From assembly GCA_012295275.1 (NCBI GenBank), contig CM022672.1, positions 6,448,001 through 6,512,000 of the forward strand: 64,000 nt of DNA. The letters run 5' to 3'. The translations under genes were made by a program, and so were the position numbers. Positions 52,801-64,000 of this stretch are shown piece after piece; within the stretch, counting starts at the first letter, position 1; the number at the start of each line of letters is the position of its first letter. The notes beneath the pieces were generated by a model. That model was given only the letters and a program-made list of their open reading frames with translations. It was not told the origin of the DNA and made no database searches. This DNA comes from Chrysomallon squamiferum. Lineage: Eukaryota > Animalia > Mollusca.

Positions 52801-53364
52801 GATCTGCTGGACAAGTATGTCATGGAGACGCTTTACAGGGTACAGGTAAACCCAGGAACTTGTATATACTGATTTATATTTTTCAAAATTGATAATGAAT
52901 TGGCACCCTTAATTCTGAAATCATGTTTAAACAGATTTAAACAGATTGTGTGTGTGGTGTGTATGTATATGCTGTGAAAGAATAAGTTTGTGTGTGTGTG
53001 TGTGTGTGTGTGCGTTTTGTGTGTATGTATATAATTTTCTTATGATAGCATTAAAATGAATACTTTCTCATTTATTTAGAATCAAAGTTTTGCAGTGAAA
53101 AAAAAGGTTATGTTTAGAATTCAGATGAAAGAAATTGTTTTATTTAAAATTTAAGCAAAAATAATGGACTGCAAATAAAGTATCAGTAAGATGAAATATT
53201 GATAGTGTTAGCTAACTGCATATTTTTTACATTAGTCTTTCATATGTGCAAGGGGAATAACTCTAAGTTGGAAATTTCAATATCAGTGGTTACAGCATTA
53301 TTTTTCATATTTTCAATTTTTATCATCATCATCATCATCATTATTATCATCATTATTATTATTA

Positions 53365-53395
<31 letters not shown>

Positions 53396-53713
53396 TTATT
53401 TTTTTTGTATAGGTAACAAGACGTGGAACAGCTCAAGAAATGGAAGACTTTCACCAGGAGTTTAACCAGCTTCACTCTCTGACCACAGTGAAACCATGTC
53501 TACCCACCACCACTGTGATAGCACGCACTCTCAAAGACAACTGGAACTATAATGTTCCTGGTACGCTTTCTTTGTGTCAAATACCGGTCAAACATCTTTT
53601 CTTCCACCTTCATCCTCATTCAGTAATCGGTGATGTATATGTAATTTGTCATCAAACTGTTACTGAAACTATTAAGCTAACTTTTTTCTTTTTCTTTTTT
53701 AGATTCATTCATT

Positions 53714-53749
<36 letters not shown>

Positions 53750-56152
53750 TGTTAGATTATTTTCTTTATTTTTTTTTTCCTTTCTGAAACCTGTTTCTGT
53801 ATCTTCAAGGTGTAACACTGCATTCTGAACAACAAATCGCACAGAGGAACAGAGAACTACTCCAGACTCTGCAGTCTGTGGAAAACGGGACTAGTAGTAA
53901 AGTAATTAGTGGCGCCCCGGCTCTTCCCATGCCCCGAGAGTCTGATGTCTCAAACAGGTGAATCTTATATTTTAATGAAACTCAGGAAATGCCAGATTCT
54001 GTTAGATTTGTTTATATAAAAACACACGTTTATTTGTTTTGTCTGAATCACATTTTTCTTTTCAACAAAATAACTTTAATTATATAAATGAATGTGTGCA
54101 AAGATGGCTGACTTTTGAAAATTAACATATGTGATAAATGTGTAAGATAAAAATGTCTTATTTATAACTGATTTCTGTTTAAGGCATTTGCTACGTAAAT
54201 TGTAAAAATGTGTATAAACATGTTAATGTATTTAAATCCGTGATTCCTAAAAACCTGTTGTATTTTATGTTCAGGGGTTGTTATTTATTCATTCAATTGT
54301 TGAAACCTAATCTTGTAGCAGTTTCAGAGATGAAATAGTTTTTTTTTCTTCCTTTGAGATGTAGTACACGGATAAAAATGACAGATCATTCAAAGCAAAA
54401 ACAGATTTAAATAAGTAACATTTCACCTGTTTATTTCACAATTCAGTAATTCACTCAAAAAAAAAAAAAAGTACAGATACTGCTCAAGGATAACAGTTTT
54501 TTTATTTACTTGACAGCTCAAGACAGTCGCCAAACTCCAAATTTAGAACCACTCAGCCAATCAGCATTCAGAACAGATCTTCTCCTCTTGTCTCTCATGT
54601 TCAGATGGAGGAGCCAAGGTTGACAAGTCGACCACCACCACCTCCCCCTCGTGCCACGAAAACTCCTCCCAGTTCTTTCAGCTCCTTGCCTCGGTCGTCC
54701 AGCAGACAGCGAGAGAGTTCAAACTGTGAGTCACCAACAGAAAAAATGACCGGTCACTCAGTGAAAACCTCGTATTCCAGCTGCATGTCCCCAAGACTTA
54801 ACTGGTCACCTCCACCTTCTTTCTCTGAAGTGTCTCAGTTTGTTAACCAGTCCTCGTCTCAAACCAACAGTTCTTTGTCTTCCGTTTTTAGCAAAGATCA
54901 CGATTTCTACCTGACTCCTGTCGGCAGCACACAAAAAGATCAGTATCTGACTGCTGTTAACACTGAAGGTTATGGAAATCACGTTGGTCTGCCTTCGCAA
55001 AATAACTTGGTGTCGATACAGCCTAGTGAATCTGAAGTGTCGTGGATGGCGTCTGCTAGTTGTGAAGATCTGAGTGATCACATGAAAGCAGTTTTGTACG
55101 ATAACGGCAGCCAAAGAAAGGCTGATGTAGATGAAAATATGAACAGTCAGAAACCTCCTGTTCCATTCCCTGGCTTACAGGAGTTTAGAAACAGCACAGA
55201 ATGGGATTCGAGGGATCGCAGCAGATCCGTGGATTATCGGAATGTCCTGACGGTGAGAGACACCATTACTGACCGATCTCCCAGCCCAAGCATGAGAAGA
55301 ATTCGGAAAATGATGGCAGCCAGAGGTGAGAGCAACTCACTGAGAAAATCTGTTTCCAATCCAAACTTTCTGAATATAGGCAGCTTGGAAAAATTAAATT
55401 ATGAAAAACTGCATGGAGTCTTCAGGCCTTCTAGTCATCGATATTCATCAGTGGACGACATCGTGTCTGCTCCCCTCGAAAGAGAGGGTCGACACAAGAG
55501 CCGCTCTTTGATTGATCTGTTGTCCAGTGGACTCCATTTCAGACATCGAAGTCGAGATAAACTCGACCCCTCTCGAAATGAAACTCAAAACAATCGCACA
55601 ACTCCGAGTCACAGTCGCAGTGCGACACCGGAACGAAACGCTAGAAGGAGCCGCACAAACAGTCTCGACAAAAATGGCCACAAACTGCTGAACAGGCAGG
55701 AGAGTTCCAAATCGATCACCGTGAAAGACCCAACATTCAAAGACATCAGATTCACGGAAAGGAGCAGATCTTTCAGAAAGGTGAAGTCCAAAGAAGGACT
55801 GAACCTTTCGGCCGAGAAAAAGGAATGTGCTTCGGAAAAAGTCAAAAGACGTGTGTTTCAGAAGCAGAAACAGAACTTGGAAAACCAAGCAAATCATTTT
55901 CACTTACAGAACGGTGCTGATCCAGCTTCCAGGCAGCAGTTCGGTGATGGACAAGGAGTGTTGGATTCTTTAATTCTTGGAAGAAACCATAACGTCGTTC
56001 ATCATCGCCAGCGCAGTGTCCCAGAGGAGTCTAGCAGAGAACAGGTGGCTTTGCCCCTTGGATCGTCTCAGTCCCCTCGCTCCACTGTCAACAGAGCTTA
56101 TGATCCAGTCGGCGTTGTTGTGAGTCGCAGGGAAAGTCAGTCCAGTGTTTGA
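39890..56152 (+). CDS. DOK/IRS-class docking protein (PH + IRS-type PTB + long disordered tail; DOK7-like architecture), 873 aa; join(39890..39919,40824..40983,51294..51476,52017..52129,52642..52845,53413..53560,53810..53957,54517..56152)
   Basis: Phase-consistent GT-AG exons. PH features (LYKQ...[11 protein letters not shown]...LEYY...PKGKISL...FVFKITT) and IRS-PTB signature [11 protein letters not shown]...[18 protein letters not shown]. Last exon includes the 515-aa ORF. Subfamily not certain, so no symbol is given. Confidence 0.9.
40824..40983 (+). CDS. DOK-like exon 2 (PH N-terminal half)
   Basis: tttatttcag|GAT ... AAG|gtaagt; DHLYKQ...[24 protein letters not shown]. Confidence 0.9.
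43540..43780. repeat. (CATA)n/(CA)n low-complexity tract
   Basis: Directly visible; source of spurious ORF 43445..43735. Confidence 0.9.
44440..44530 (+). mobile_element. Probable decayed tRNA-derived SINE head
   Basis: GGGTCATGAGTTCAATCCC (44482-44500) resembles the T-arm/B box GGTTCGANTCC; no cloverleaf can be folded. Confidence 0.35.
46290..46950. repeat. Degenerate ~60-bp tandem repeat in DOK-like intron 2
   Basis: Recurring ttatctg(c/t)taaaaatttaaa..t.tgt.t.aa..ttc.taat at roughly one unit per 60-nt line. Confidence 0.65.
47329..47552. mobile_element. Degenerate non-autonomous hAT-like MITE (~224 bp)
   Basis: Left end CAGG-ATGTGCAA-CTTT versus reverse complement of right end CAGGCATGTGCAATCTTT; subterminal GGCCCAC at both ends; 8-bp TSD not preserved. 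Confidence 0.6.
48700..48880. repeat. (TATG)n/(TA)n microsatellite cluster
   Basis: Directly visible; source of three spurious ORFs. Confidence 0.92.
49578..49667. repeat. Perfect 20-bp tandem repeat (atgcataatgtgttattgca), ~4.4 copies
   Basis: Exact 20-nt period; unit is quasi-palindromic. Confidence 0.95.
51294..51476 (+). CDS. DOK-like exon 3 (PH C-terminal half)
   Basis: ttttcaaag|GG ... AAG|gtagat; [36 protein letters not shown]...; phase 1-1. Confidence 0.88.
52017..52129 (+). CDS. DOK-like exon 4 (PTB start)
   Basis: attcag|AT ... CAA|gtacag; [37 protein letters not shown]. Confidence 0.83.
52642..52845 (+). CDS. DOK-like exon 5 (IRS-type PTB core)
   Basis: tttcag|GCA ... CAG|gtaaac; WPIKSIRCY and [16 protein letters not shown] motifs. 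Confidence 0.92.
53413..53560 (+). CDS. DOK-like exon 6
   Basis: tttgtatag|GTA ... CTG|gtacgc; open frame [20 protein letters not shown]...NWNYNVP. Confidence 0.82.
53810..53957 (+). CDS. DOK-like exon 7
   Basis: cttcaag|GT ... AG|gtgaat; phase 1-2; open, GC-richer than flanks. Confidence 0.8.
54517..56152 (+). CDS. DOK-like terminal exon (S/R/P-rich tail, Tyr motifs, C-terminal QSSV)
   Basis: ttgacag|C acceptor in frame with ORF 54605..56152; GC- and CpG-rich coding composition. Confidence 0.92.
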
Positions 56153-57029
56153 AATAATAAATTCAAAAATAACAATTCCTCGACATCCCCAAGTTCCAAA
56201 ACTTTCATGTTAAAAATATTTAACTGTCTCAATATCTAGTATTCATGCTTCCATTTTTAAATAATTTTTGATACCTGTTTATAACAATCTTCGTGTATTT
56301 TTAATGTTTAATAGTTATGAAACTCAGTTTGTAAATATGTAATGGTTTTTGAAGTAACAATTTAAAAGCAGATTTATATATATACACACACATTGAATTA
56401 GATAATACTTCAAACTGGTGGAAATTGTTTTTAAATGGATGGTAAATATAATTCCCAAAAAATTTCAAAATATGGTGCTCATGAAATCTGTGCCTTAATA
56501 ATAACATTTTTATTTAGTTTTCTTGTAAATATTTCCAAAGAAAATAGAAAACAAATTGACAGATGGTTATTTTAATTTTTATTATTCACTTCAGTTATTT
56601 ATTTTTGACGTTACTTTACACCAACTACTTACAAATAATGACTACACAAAAATATTAATTGTATGTAGAAAATAATGGACCCTATAGTATGGACCAAATA
56701 AATGAATCTTTGCATGTTGAATGTATGTGTTTAGTTAGTAAGCGTTTAATTACAAAACTGATGTTTATTGTGCAATAAAGGTTAATCAATAATGTATTTT
56801 ATGTAGCATAGTAAATTAGATTAGAAATGCTTTTTTCTTTTTTCTTTTAGTTCAGGGGAAATAACCCATATATTATAAACTATATAATTATTCCCCTTAG
56901 TTTGTGTAATTTTAGTTATTATTATTGAGTTAAATAGAAAACTGATATATTATGTTCAGCATGAACAAATTAGATTTTATCCTTTATATATATATATATG
57001 TCTATGTATTGTAAGTTTTCTTTGTTGAC

Positions 57030-57105
57030 ATTTATTTATTATTTATTTATTATTATTATTATTATTTATTATTATTAAATTTTATTATTATTATTATTAT
57101 TATTA

Positions 57106-57148
<43 letters not shown>
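57030..57148. repeat. (ATT)n microsatellite
   Basis: Directly visible. Confidence 0.93.
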
Positions 57149-57151
<3 letters not shown>

Positions 57152-57807
57152 GTGCTTCATAAGGAACAAGTAATTTAAAATACATTTAATAAAATAAACT
57201 GTAGAGTTAATGAGATTCTTGAAAGGAAAACTGGATAGTAAATTTGTGTGAAAGTGTGGTTGTTCGAATGAAGAATATGTATGTGCATTGTTTTTATAAT
57301 ATCATTATTTTCCATATTAAAGGCAGCCATAAGTTAAAAATAAAAAATAAAGGAAATTTTTAATGTTATTCAAATGTAATATTAAATTTTTCTTCCATTT
57401 TATCAATATTGCATTTTTGATAAGCTAGTCCATATTCTATTTTATAATTGTGTTATAGATAAGTTACTTTGATTTGATTATATTTAAAATTTAATGTTTC
57501 ATCAGTGCTTAAAACAATATTAATAAAATATTTGCTCATCATCTGAACAAAAAATTAAATATATTTTATATTTGTGATACAATCAGTTGTTTTAATTTGA
57601 ACCTTTAAATATAATCTTAAAATTATATGAATAAATGTTAGCTCATTATTAAAAAAAAAAAAAAAAAAAAATTATATTGAGGGGTTGGAGCCAGGTCTCA
57701 AGTGCATATATATATATATTTTTTATTTTTGATGGCAATTATATAGATTAGCATTTCATTAGTTTTCAATCAACAAGCAGATTTGAGCTCAATTCTATCA
57801 CAGATAG

Positions 57808-57847
<40 letters not shown>

Positions 57848-59099
57848 AGAAACACGTATTTGTATTATTCACATGATATCAATAAATTAAAAATTTTATC
57901 AATTTTTAAATCAGAAGAGTCCATCATGTCATGAAAATTTAATTCAAGATTTAATACAGCCACTTATAAACATTATCTGTGCTCATTTTATAAAATCATT
58001 TTTTTTCTCATTTCACAGAACGTAATGTTGTTTTGAAGTATATTCATGTCACCTTTAACAGTCATTTAATTTTTAAGCTTTGTTGTAGAAAAAGTTTAGT
58101 TTTGTACAACAAACTGGTGCTTTTTTTGTCACATAGTGAGATTTATAGACAAACTAATCGTTTTCTTTATTACCAGGAAAGCCAGAAAGAATAAAATTCA
58201 AATTACCTGATCAAAGTAGCATATATCTTTTCTATAATTAACTTTAACATAAATTTTTTTAAAATAATAATGAAAATGCACACCTATCCACCCACCCACA
58301 CATGCACATGCATGCAGACATACACAATCGATAATGTAATGGTGTCAAATGTTTTCTTTAAACATTTAAGTATTTGCATTTATTCATAAACAAACAAGTG
58401 TCAGATTGAGAAAAATATGTTCATATTTTTATTAAAAGTAAAAACAAAAAATATTTTATTAAGAAAGAGTTTCAGGTTTATTTATTATTTTTTTTAAAAA
58501 TATTTTAGTATGAAAAATTTCAATTTATATAAAGGAAAAGATTTAAAATGTGGATGATAACATTTTTTTTTTTTTTTTTTTTTCAGAAGTTTATGCAATA
58601 TGTCCATACCATTATATTACTGAAGAATTTACCATTTTGAGCGTATTTATAAAGGTAGTTTTGGAGATATGCATTTATTTTGAAATTTTTAAACTTTAAT
58701 TGACAAAATTTTATTTTCAGTATTTTTATCTCATATATTTTTGAAAATATTTTGTATAATTTGAGGTTGTTGAATAGAACAAGAGATGTAAATAAATTGT
58801 GCTGTTTATGAAATAATTCCATGTGAAATTCAACTAACTTATAAGAAAGTGTTGTGAATAAAAGCTATATATTTTTTGTAAATGTTTTTAATTTAAAATG
58901 ATTTGTGTTTAATTGCATGTATTTCATTGTTACTGATAAAATTTTGTTGCATGTAAAAAGAAAAAAATATATATTTTTGAAATTTATTATGGATTGTTTT
59001 TCTGAGTTTCTTTTATTCAAAGAAATTGTGTTGGTCTTTGGTGTGTTTGTGTGTGTAAGTGTGTTCAATCTCTGTATTTCTGAGGTTAAAATCATAGCA

Positions 59100-59141
<42 letters not shown>

Positions 59142-61569
59142 GTAAAAATAACTAATAATAATCAACAATAACGTTAATAAGAAAATAGTAATAAATGTTG
59201 ATGATGATGAAAATAAAATAAAAGTAATTGCAGTAATAATAATATATATATATATAATTTTTTTTTTAAAACAAAGACACCTTCTCTCATCAGTTCTGAA
59301 GTTTCAGACTGTCTGAACTTCCAGTGACCAGTGGTCTGCTAATTAACAAGTAAATTTATCGGCTGCAGTATAGTGGAATGTTAATATTTATTTTCTTTTC
59401 ATAGTAAAAACAATCTGGGATATTTAATCAAAACATCTGGAAGCAGCAGCATCAATTCACTCTGCTAATTAACAAGTTAATTTATCGGATTATTTATCAC
59501 CAGAACATCACAGCTTGTCATTGTCACAAAATGGAAATATTACAGAATCTCATACATTAATTATTATTAACTTTGTTTCTCATTCATTTCCAGAGACCAT
59601 CTGTTTGTTGCAGTTTTTGTTATCAGTTCAGTATATATTCATTTAAATTAGTATACAACATGCAATAATGTATATTAAAATTCTTTACCCCCCATAAAAT
59701 AGATTAAAAACAAATACAAAATAACCAATCCACCAATAATAATAACAATATGCGATTATATTATAATAATTAAAATGTGATAGTTATAAAAATTAAAATC
59801 TGAAACAAACAACCAGCAATTTTTTTTCTTATTAATAGTTTATTATATTTTATTTTTGTTATGTCTTAGACATCTATCAAATATTGCTTACAAGCATAAT
59901 AATAATAATAATAACAGAGACTATTTTATTTCTAAGTACCAAATAATGTTTATTTTTAAATGAGAAACAAAAAGTTTTATTATAAATGAGGAATAAAAAA
60001 AAGAATTATTGTAGAAAATGTATTAGCAAAATAAAATCTTACAGAAAACAAAACGTACTAACATTTCATTACCTATTTTAAACAATAGTAATTCATTTTC
60101 TGCTACGGAAACACTTCCATATAAAATAAAATAGTCTGCTTAAAGAAAAAAATTATTTTGAAACAAAATACAGAATACTGCATGTAAAGCAAATTGCAAT
60201 CATCTGAAGCAGACAAAGTAAATAAAAATAGAAAGGAACTGAAATACAAAAATGGTTATTTTTTTTTGTCAGATTTAGAACAAAAATTATTTCAGTCATA
60301 ATAACAAATCAAAACACAATTAAAAGAGGGGATTAAATACACATGATATGGTGCAAATTAATCATTTAAAGGTGACATAGTACATGTATGTCTATTTACA
60401 TAATGGGTAAAAAAATACTTTCTTCTGTAGGTTCATTTGTGAAAAATAATTCATGTATGTGGTTGAGTATAATTATCTCATTTTAAAAAAAAAAAGAAAA
60501 AAAAGAAAACAATTTAGTTTTTGTTTTACATTCCAAATATTTTTAGTGAAAAATGAGGTGAAATAAACAAGAAATTTACAAATATAAAAATTAAAAATTA
60601 AAACAATTTAAGTCTTTGGATTTTCTCAATTTAAATAATCAATGAACATTAACAAAACATGATTTAAAAATGTCTTTCAACAATAACCAGAAATCTTGTA
60701 ATTGGAACAAATTATTTTTATACATGCCTGATTGGTTTTATTTTATTATTATCTTTTTAATGATCAAAAATATTTCATAACAAATAGAAACTGAAACCTG
60801 AATCACTTTTTTTTTCAACAATACATATCAATATATTTTTAAAGTAATAATATCAATAATAAATTTAAAAAAAAGAAGCTGGTGAAATTCAGATATGAAT
60901 ATAAAGTCATTATATATAATACTTTATTGTTCACCTGTCTTTCAGGCACCTTACCTGTACATTTTAAAACAGCATCTATGTGAAAAAAAATATTCAAAAA
61001 AAAAGAAGAATTATTAGAAACAGTCCAGTGATAGCTAATTTACTAATATCCACACATAAATACAGACATACTTTCTCTCGTTATCACATAACCTTACTCT
61101 CTAACAGGAATGGCAAGCTATTTTCAAAGAAATACTTAATCACCAATTCAGTCAAATGGTCCAAAGAGGCAAACCCACATTTTTTAAAAACCCACATTTT
61201 TTATCCATATTCTTTCCTATCACATTGTGTTCGTGAAACCGTACACGACTGTCAAAACAAATATCTAAAAACCTCCGTATTCAAGGCAAAATACTTAAAA
61301 AAATAAAATCTTTTATTTTTGATGTTTGTGTTTGCTGCTCTGCTAGCACTATAATTGGAAATGGCCTTAAATGATCGAAGACATAATTTGAAAAAAAAGA
61401 AAAAAAGTTTATATTTTAATTAACTGACGAAATAAAATGAGGTGGGTTACATGTTGAATGAATCTGAATATTAAAATGTTTTTACTGAAAATAAAATGCT
61501 TTGAAATATTAAACCAGAAAATTAAGTATTTACTTATTTAAATAAAAAAATGTTATGAAATATTCACTT

Positions 61570-62040
61570 ATTCAATCAGAATGCTTTTCAGTATTAATTC
61601 ATTCAGTGGTGATGTAATGAAACAGTCTCTCATTCTCTCAAAATGTTGTTCAACACTCTCCAATTCAGTGCTGAACATTCAGAAATTTAAATCAGAAGAT
61701 TATTCAACATTCACTTATCTAAATCAGAATGTTATTCAACTTTCACTGATTTAAAGCAGAATATTTACCAAAATTCATTATTCAAATCACAATATTCAAT
61801 AATCACTGATTTAAATAACAATGTTAACATTCACTCATTGAATCAGAATTTTATTCAGCATTAACTGATTCAAATCAGAATGTTATTCAACATTCACTCA
61901 TTGAATCAGAATGTTATTCAACATTCGCTCATTGAATCAGAATGTTATTCAACATTCACTCATTGAATCAGACTATTCAAATTCAGTTATCTAAACATGA
62001 TTAATCAAATTCACTCTCTGAGTCTTTAAATCAGAATATT
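61570..62040. repeat. ~31-bp minisatellite (aatcagaatgttattcaacattcactcattg) downstream of the CTR1 stop
   Basis: More than 10 copies, best preserved at 61874-61970. Confidence 0.88.
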
Positions 62041-62324
62041 ATTAAAAAATATAATTATTGTATAATTATACAATTCAACAGTTAGTTAGCTTTCATGTTC
62101 TTTACAATTTCTCTGTAATAAAGTAATGCTGAACTTTCAGTCCTCACTTACAAAATATACCAAAAGTCACACATTTCATAAACAGATTTTAAACTGATGC
62201 TGGAAATAAAACCTTTCAAAAATCAAACACGAATATGAAATATAAAGATGTATCTGCAATTTTAACTGAATGAGTGTTAATAAAAAATGTTTATACAAAT
62301 GTCTTTATTATAAATATCATCACT

Positions 62325-62580
62325 GTCACATTATTCTTATTATTATTCATTCATTTATTTTTTGAGTGCTTTTCAGTCTTAATTAAATAAATTTAAAAAA
62401 AGGTTTATAATATTTAAAAATCACTGTGGAAAACCACTCAAGTTAGTCACATTATTATTATTATTAATTAATTAATTAATTTTTTTGAGAGCTTTTCAGT
62501 CTTATAAATAAATTAAAAAAAAGATTTATAACATTTGAAAATCACTGGTGAAAACCTCTCAAATTAGTCACATTATTCAT
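62325..62580. repeat. ~122-bp tandem duplication in the probable CTR1 3' UTR
   Basis: gtcacattatt...ttttgag(t/a)gcttttcagtctta...aaatcactg...gaaaacc.ctcaa.ttagtcacattatt occurs twice. Confidence 0.85.
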
Positions 62581-62724
62581 TATTTAATTATGTTCATTAA
62601 ATTTTTGTTCATTGGTTAATCAAATTTACAAGTGCTATTTTTATATTAATTTTTTTTTTTTTTTTAAATTTAAATAAAGATCAAGCAGCATTGAATCAGA
62701 ATTGAACTGTTGTTAATCTCTAAG

Positions 62725-62926
62725 TTAATGACAATGTTCATTAACATCAATGACCATAGCCCTCTTCCATCCAAATATGAAATATCCAGCACCAGCTCCG
62801 AGAACAACTGCCAGACAGAGCCAAGCGTTGTATGTCATAAAGACCAACATAAGGCAGTAACTGACAAACACCTGCACCATGTGTAGAACGGTCTGCAGAA
62901 AGTGGCTGAAGTTTAACAGTCTGGAC
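62725..62926 (-). CDS. SLC31A1: High-affinity copper uptake protein CTR1, last coding exon (upstream exons not seen; probably beyond the window end)
   Basis: tttgttccaaag|G acceptor; [66 protein letters not shown], with MxxxM (MLVFM), GxxxG and the C-terminal HCH diagnostic of CTR1. Confidence 0.96.
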
Positions 62927-63221
62927 CTTTGGAACAAAAAAAAAAACAACAAAACAACTGTATAGAGTATCAGTAATAATGAAATTTGTAATGGTAACAA
63001 GAAGAGTAGTAGTGGTGGTGGTGGTGGTGGTGATTTTTTTATATATAAAGTGAATTTTTTTTATATATATAATAAAATAATTAAAACTAATAATAATAAT
63101 AATAAAACAACAACAACAACAACAACAATAATAAAGTAAATATTATAAATAATACTAATAATTATTTTTTAAATGAAATAAAAAATAAAATAAAAAAAAT
63201 AAAAAATGAAACAGAATACTT

Positions 63222-63222
<1 letters not shown>

Positions 63223-63300
<78 letters not shown>
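63223..63300. repeat. (AG)39 microsatellite in the CTR1 intron
   Basis: Directly visible, 78 bp uninterrupted. Confidence 0.97.
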
Positions 63301-63302
<2 letters not shown>

Positions 63303-63700
63303 TTATTTTGTTCATTTCCACATAAATGATATATATAAAATAATTAAATAAATATATATCTATATATTGACAAAAAAGCAGAACAAAAAATAACTAACAA
63401 CATCAAACAATCATTGCAAATATTAATAATGTCCCTGTTCTTCATAACTATACTCTTTTAAAATGGGTTGATGAAAGCTGGCTGGAATGAATGCAGAATA
63501 TGTTTACGGTTTTCAAATACCAATTGGATTTTGTAAGCAATACTTTTTATTTAAAAATATCTCTGTTGAAGCTGATGTTTGGTTTATACTTGATCATAAC
63601 AATGTAAAAATTATAAACACAATGGCTGGGAGTGTGCAAGAAGACAGAAAGCTGAGATATGGACAGAAAAAGAAAGAAAGAAAAAATAAGGAATAAAAAC

Positions 63701-63739
<39 letters not shown>

Positions 63740-64000
63740 TAGTGGTTTATACCGCTTCTTGGTTTGTTTTATAAATATTAAATTTTAATTTTCAACCTAA
63801 ATTATATTTTTAATGATTCTTATGATCCAGATACTATTCACATTTCAAAAAGAAGTAAAAAGCTAAAAAGTAAAAACAAATGGCATAGATGTGATAGTAT
63901 AATATAACAGAACATGCCATTATTATTATACGAGTATAAAAATATATTCTTTCACCACATGAATATTTTTATTAATAATAATAACATCTGGAAATATATA

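Noticed and set aside
54806-55903. Minus-strand ORFs of 102, 151 and 78 aa
   Set aside because: Antisense shadows of the GC-rich DOK-like terminal exon.
56156-56161. AATAAA 4 nt after the DOK-like stop as the poly(A) signal
   Set aside because: AATAAA is very common at this AT content; it cannot be assigned without 3'-end data.
61570-62040. CRISPR-like array of ~30-bp palindromic repeats
   Set aside because: Units are head-to-tail with no unique spacers, there are no cas genes, and the context is eukaryotic.
63430-63700. Complex patch and 69-aa ORF as a CTR1 upstream exon or intronic ncRNA
   Set aside because: No CTR1-like translation with splice sites on the minus strand, and no snoRNA boxes.

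Overview
Eukaryotic (animal, probably invertebrate such as a mollusc or other lophotrochozoan) genomic DNA. It is very AT-rich (about 25-30% GC by eye), has GT-AG spliceosomal introns and many micro/minisatellites. Most ORF-track entries are spurious. Manual splicing gives four protein genes: SNAPIN (+, 4 exons, 131 aa); an NPDC1/CAB-1-family type I membrane protein (-, at least 8 coding exons over 31 kb); a PH + IRS-type PTB docking protein of the DOK/IRS class (+, 8 exons, 873 aa), divergent from NPDC1 across a ~1.15 kb CRE-rich spacer; and the last exon of copper transporter CTR1/SLC31A1 (-). Points of most interest: an apparent 1-bp frameshift breaking the conserved NPDC1 C-terminal NPLF motif; a KR-flanked 17-aa candidate peptide in the NPDC1 lumenal domain, encoded by two look-alike phase 1-1 exons; candidate 15-, 12- and 6-nt microexons; tandem repeats that copy both splice junctions of one exon; five perfect CRE palindromes; a compact RFX/NF-Y/CRE module; and a hairpin-repeat array in the probable CTR1 3' UTR. 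No prokaryotic system, CRISPR array, rRNA or intact tRNA was found. All assignments are from reading the sequence and recalled family motifs, with no database search.
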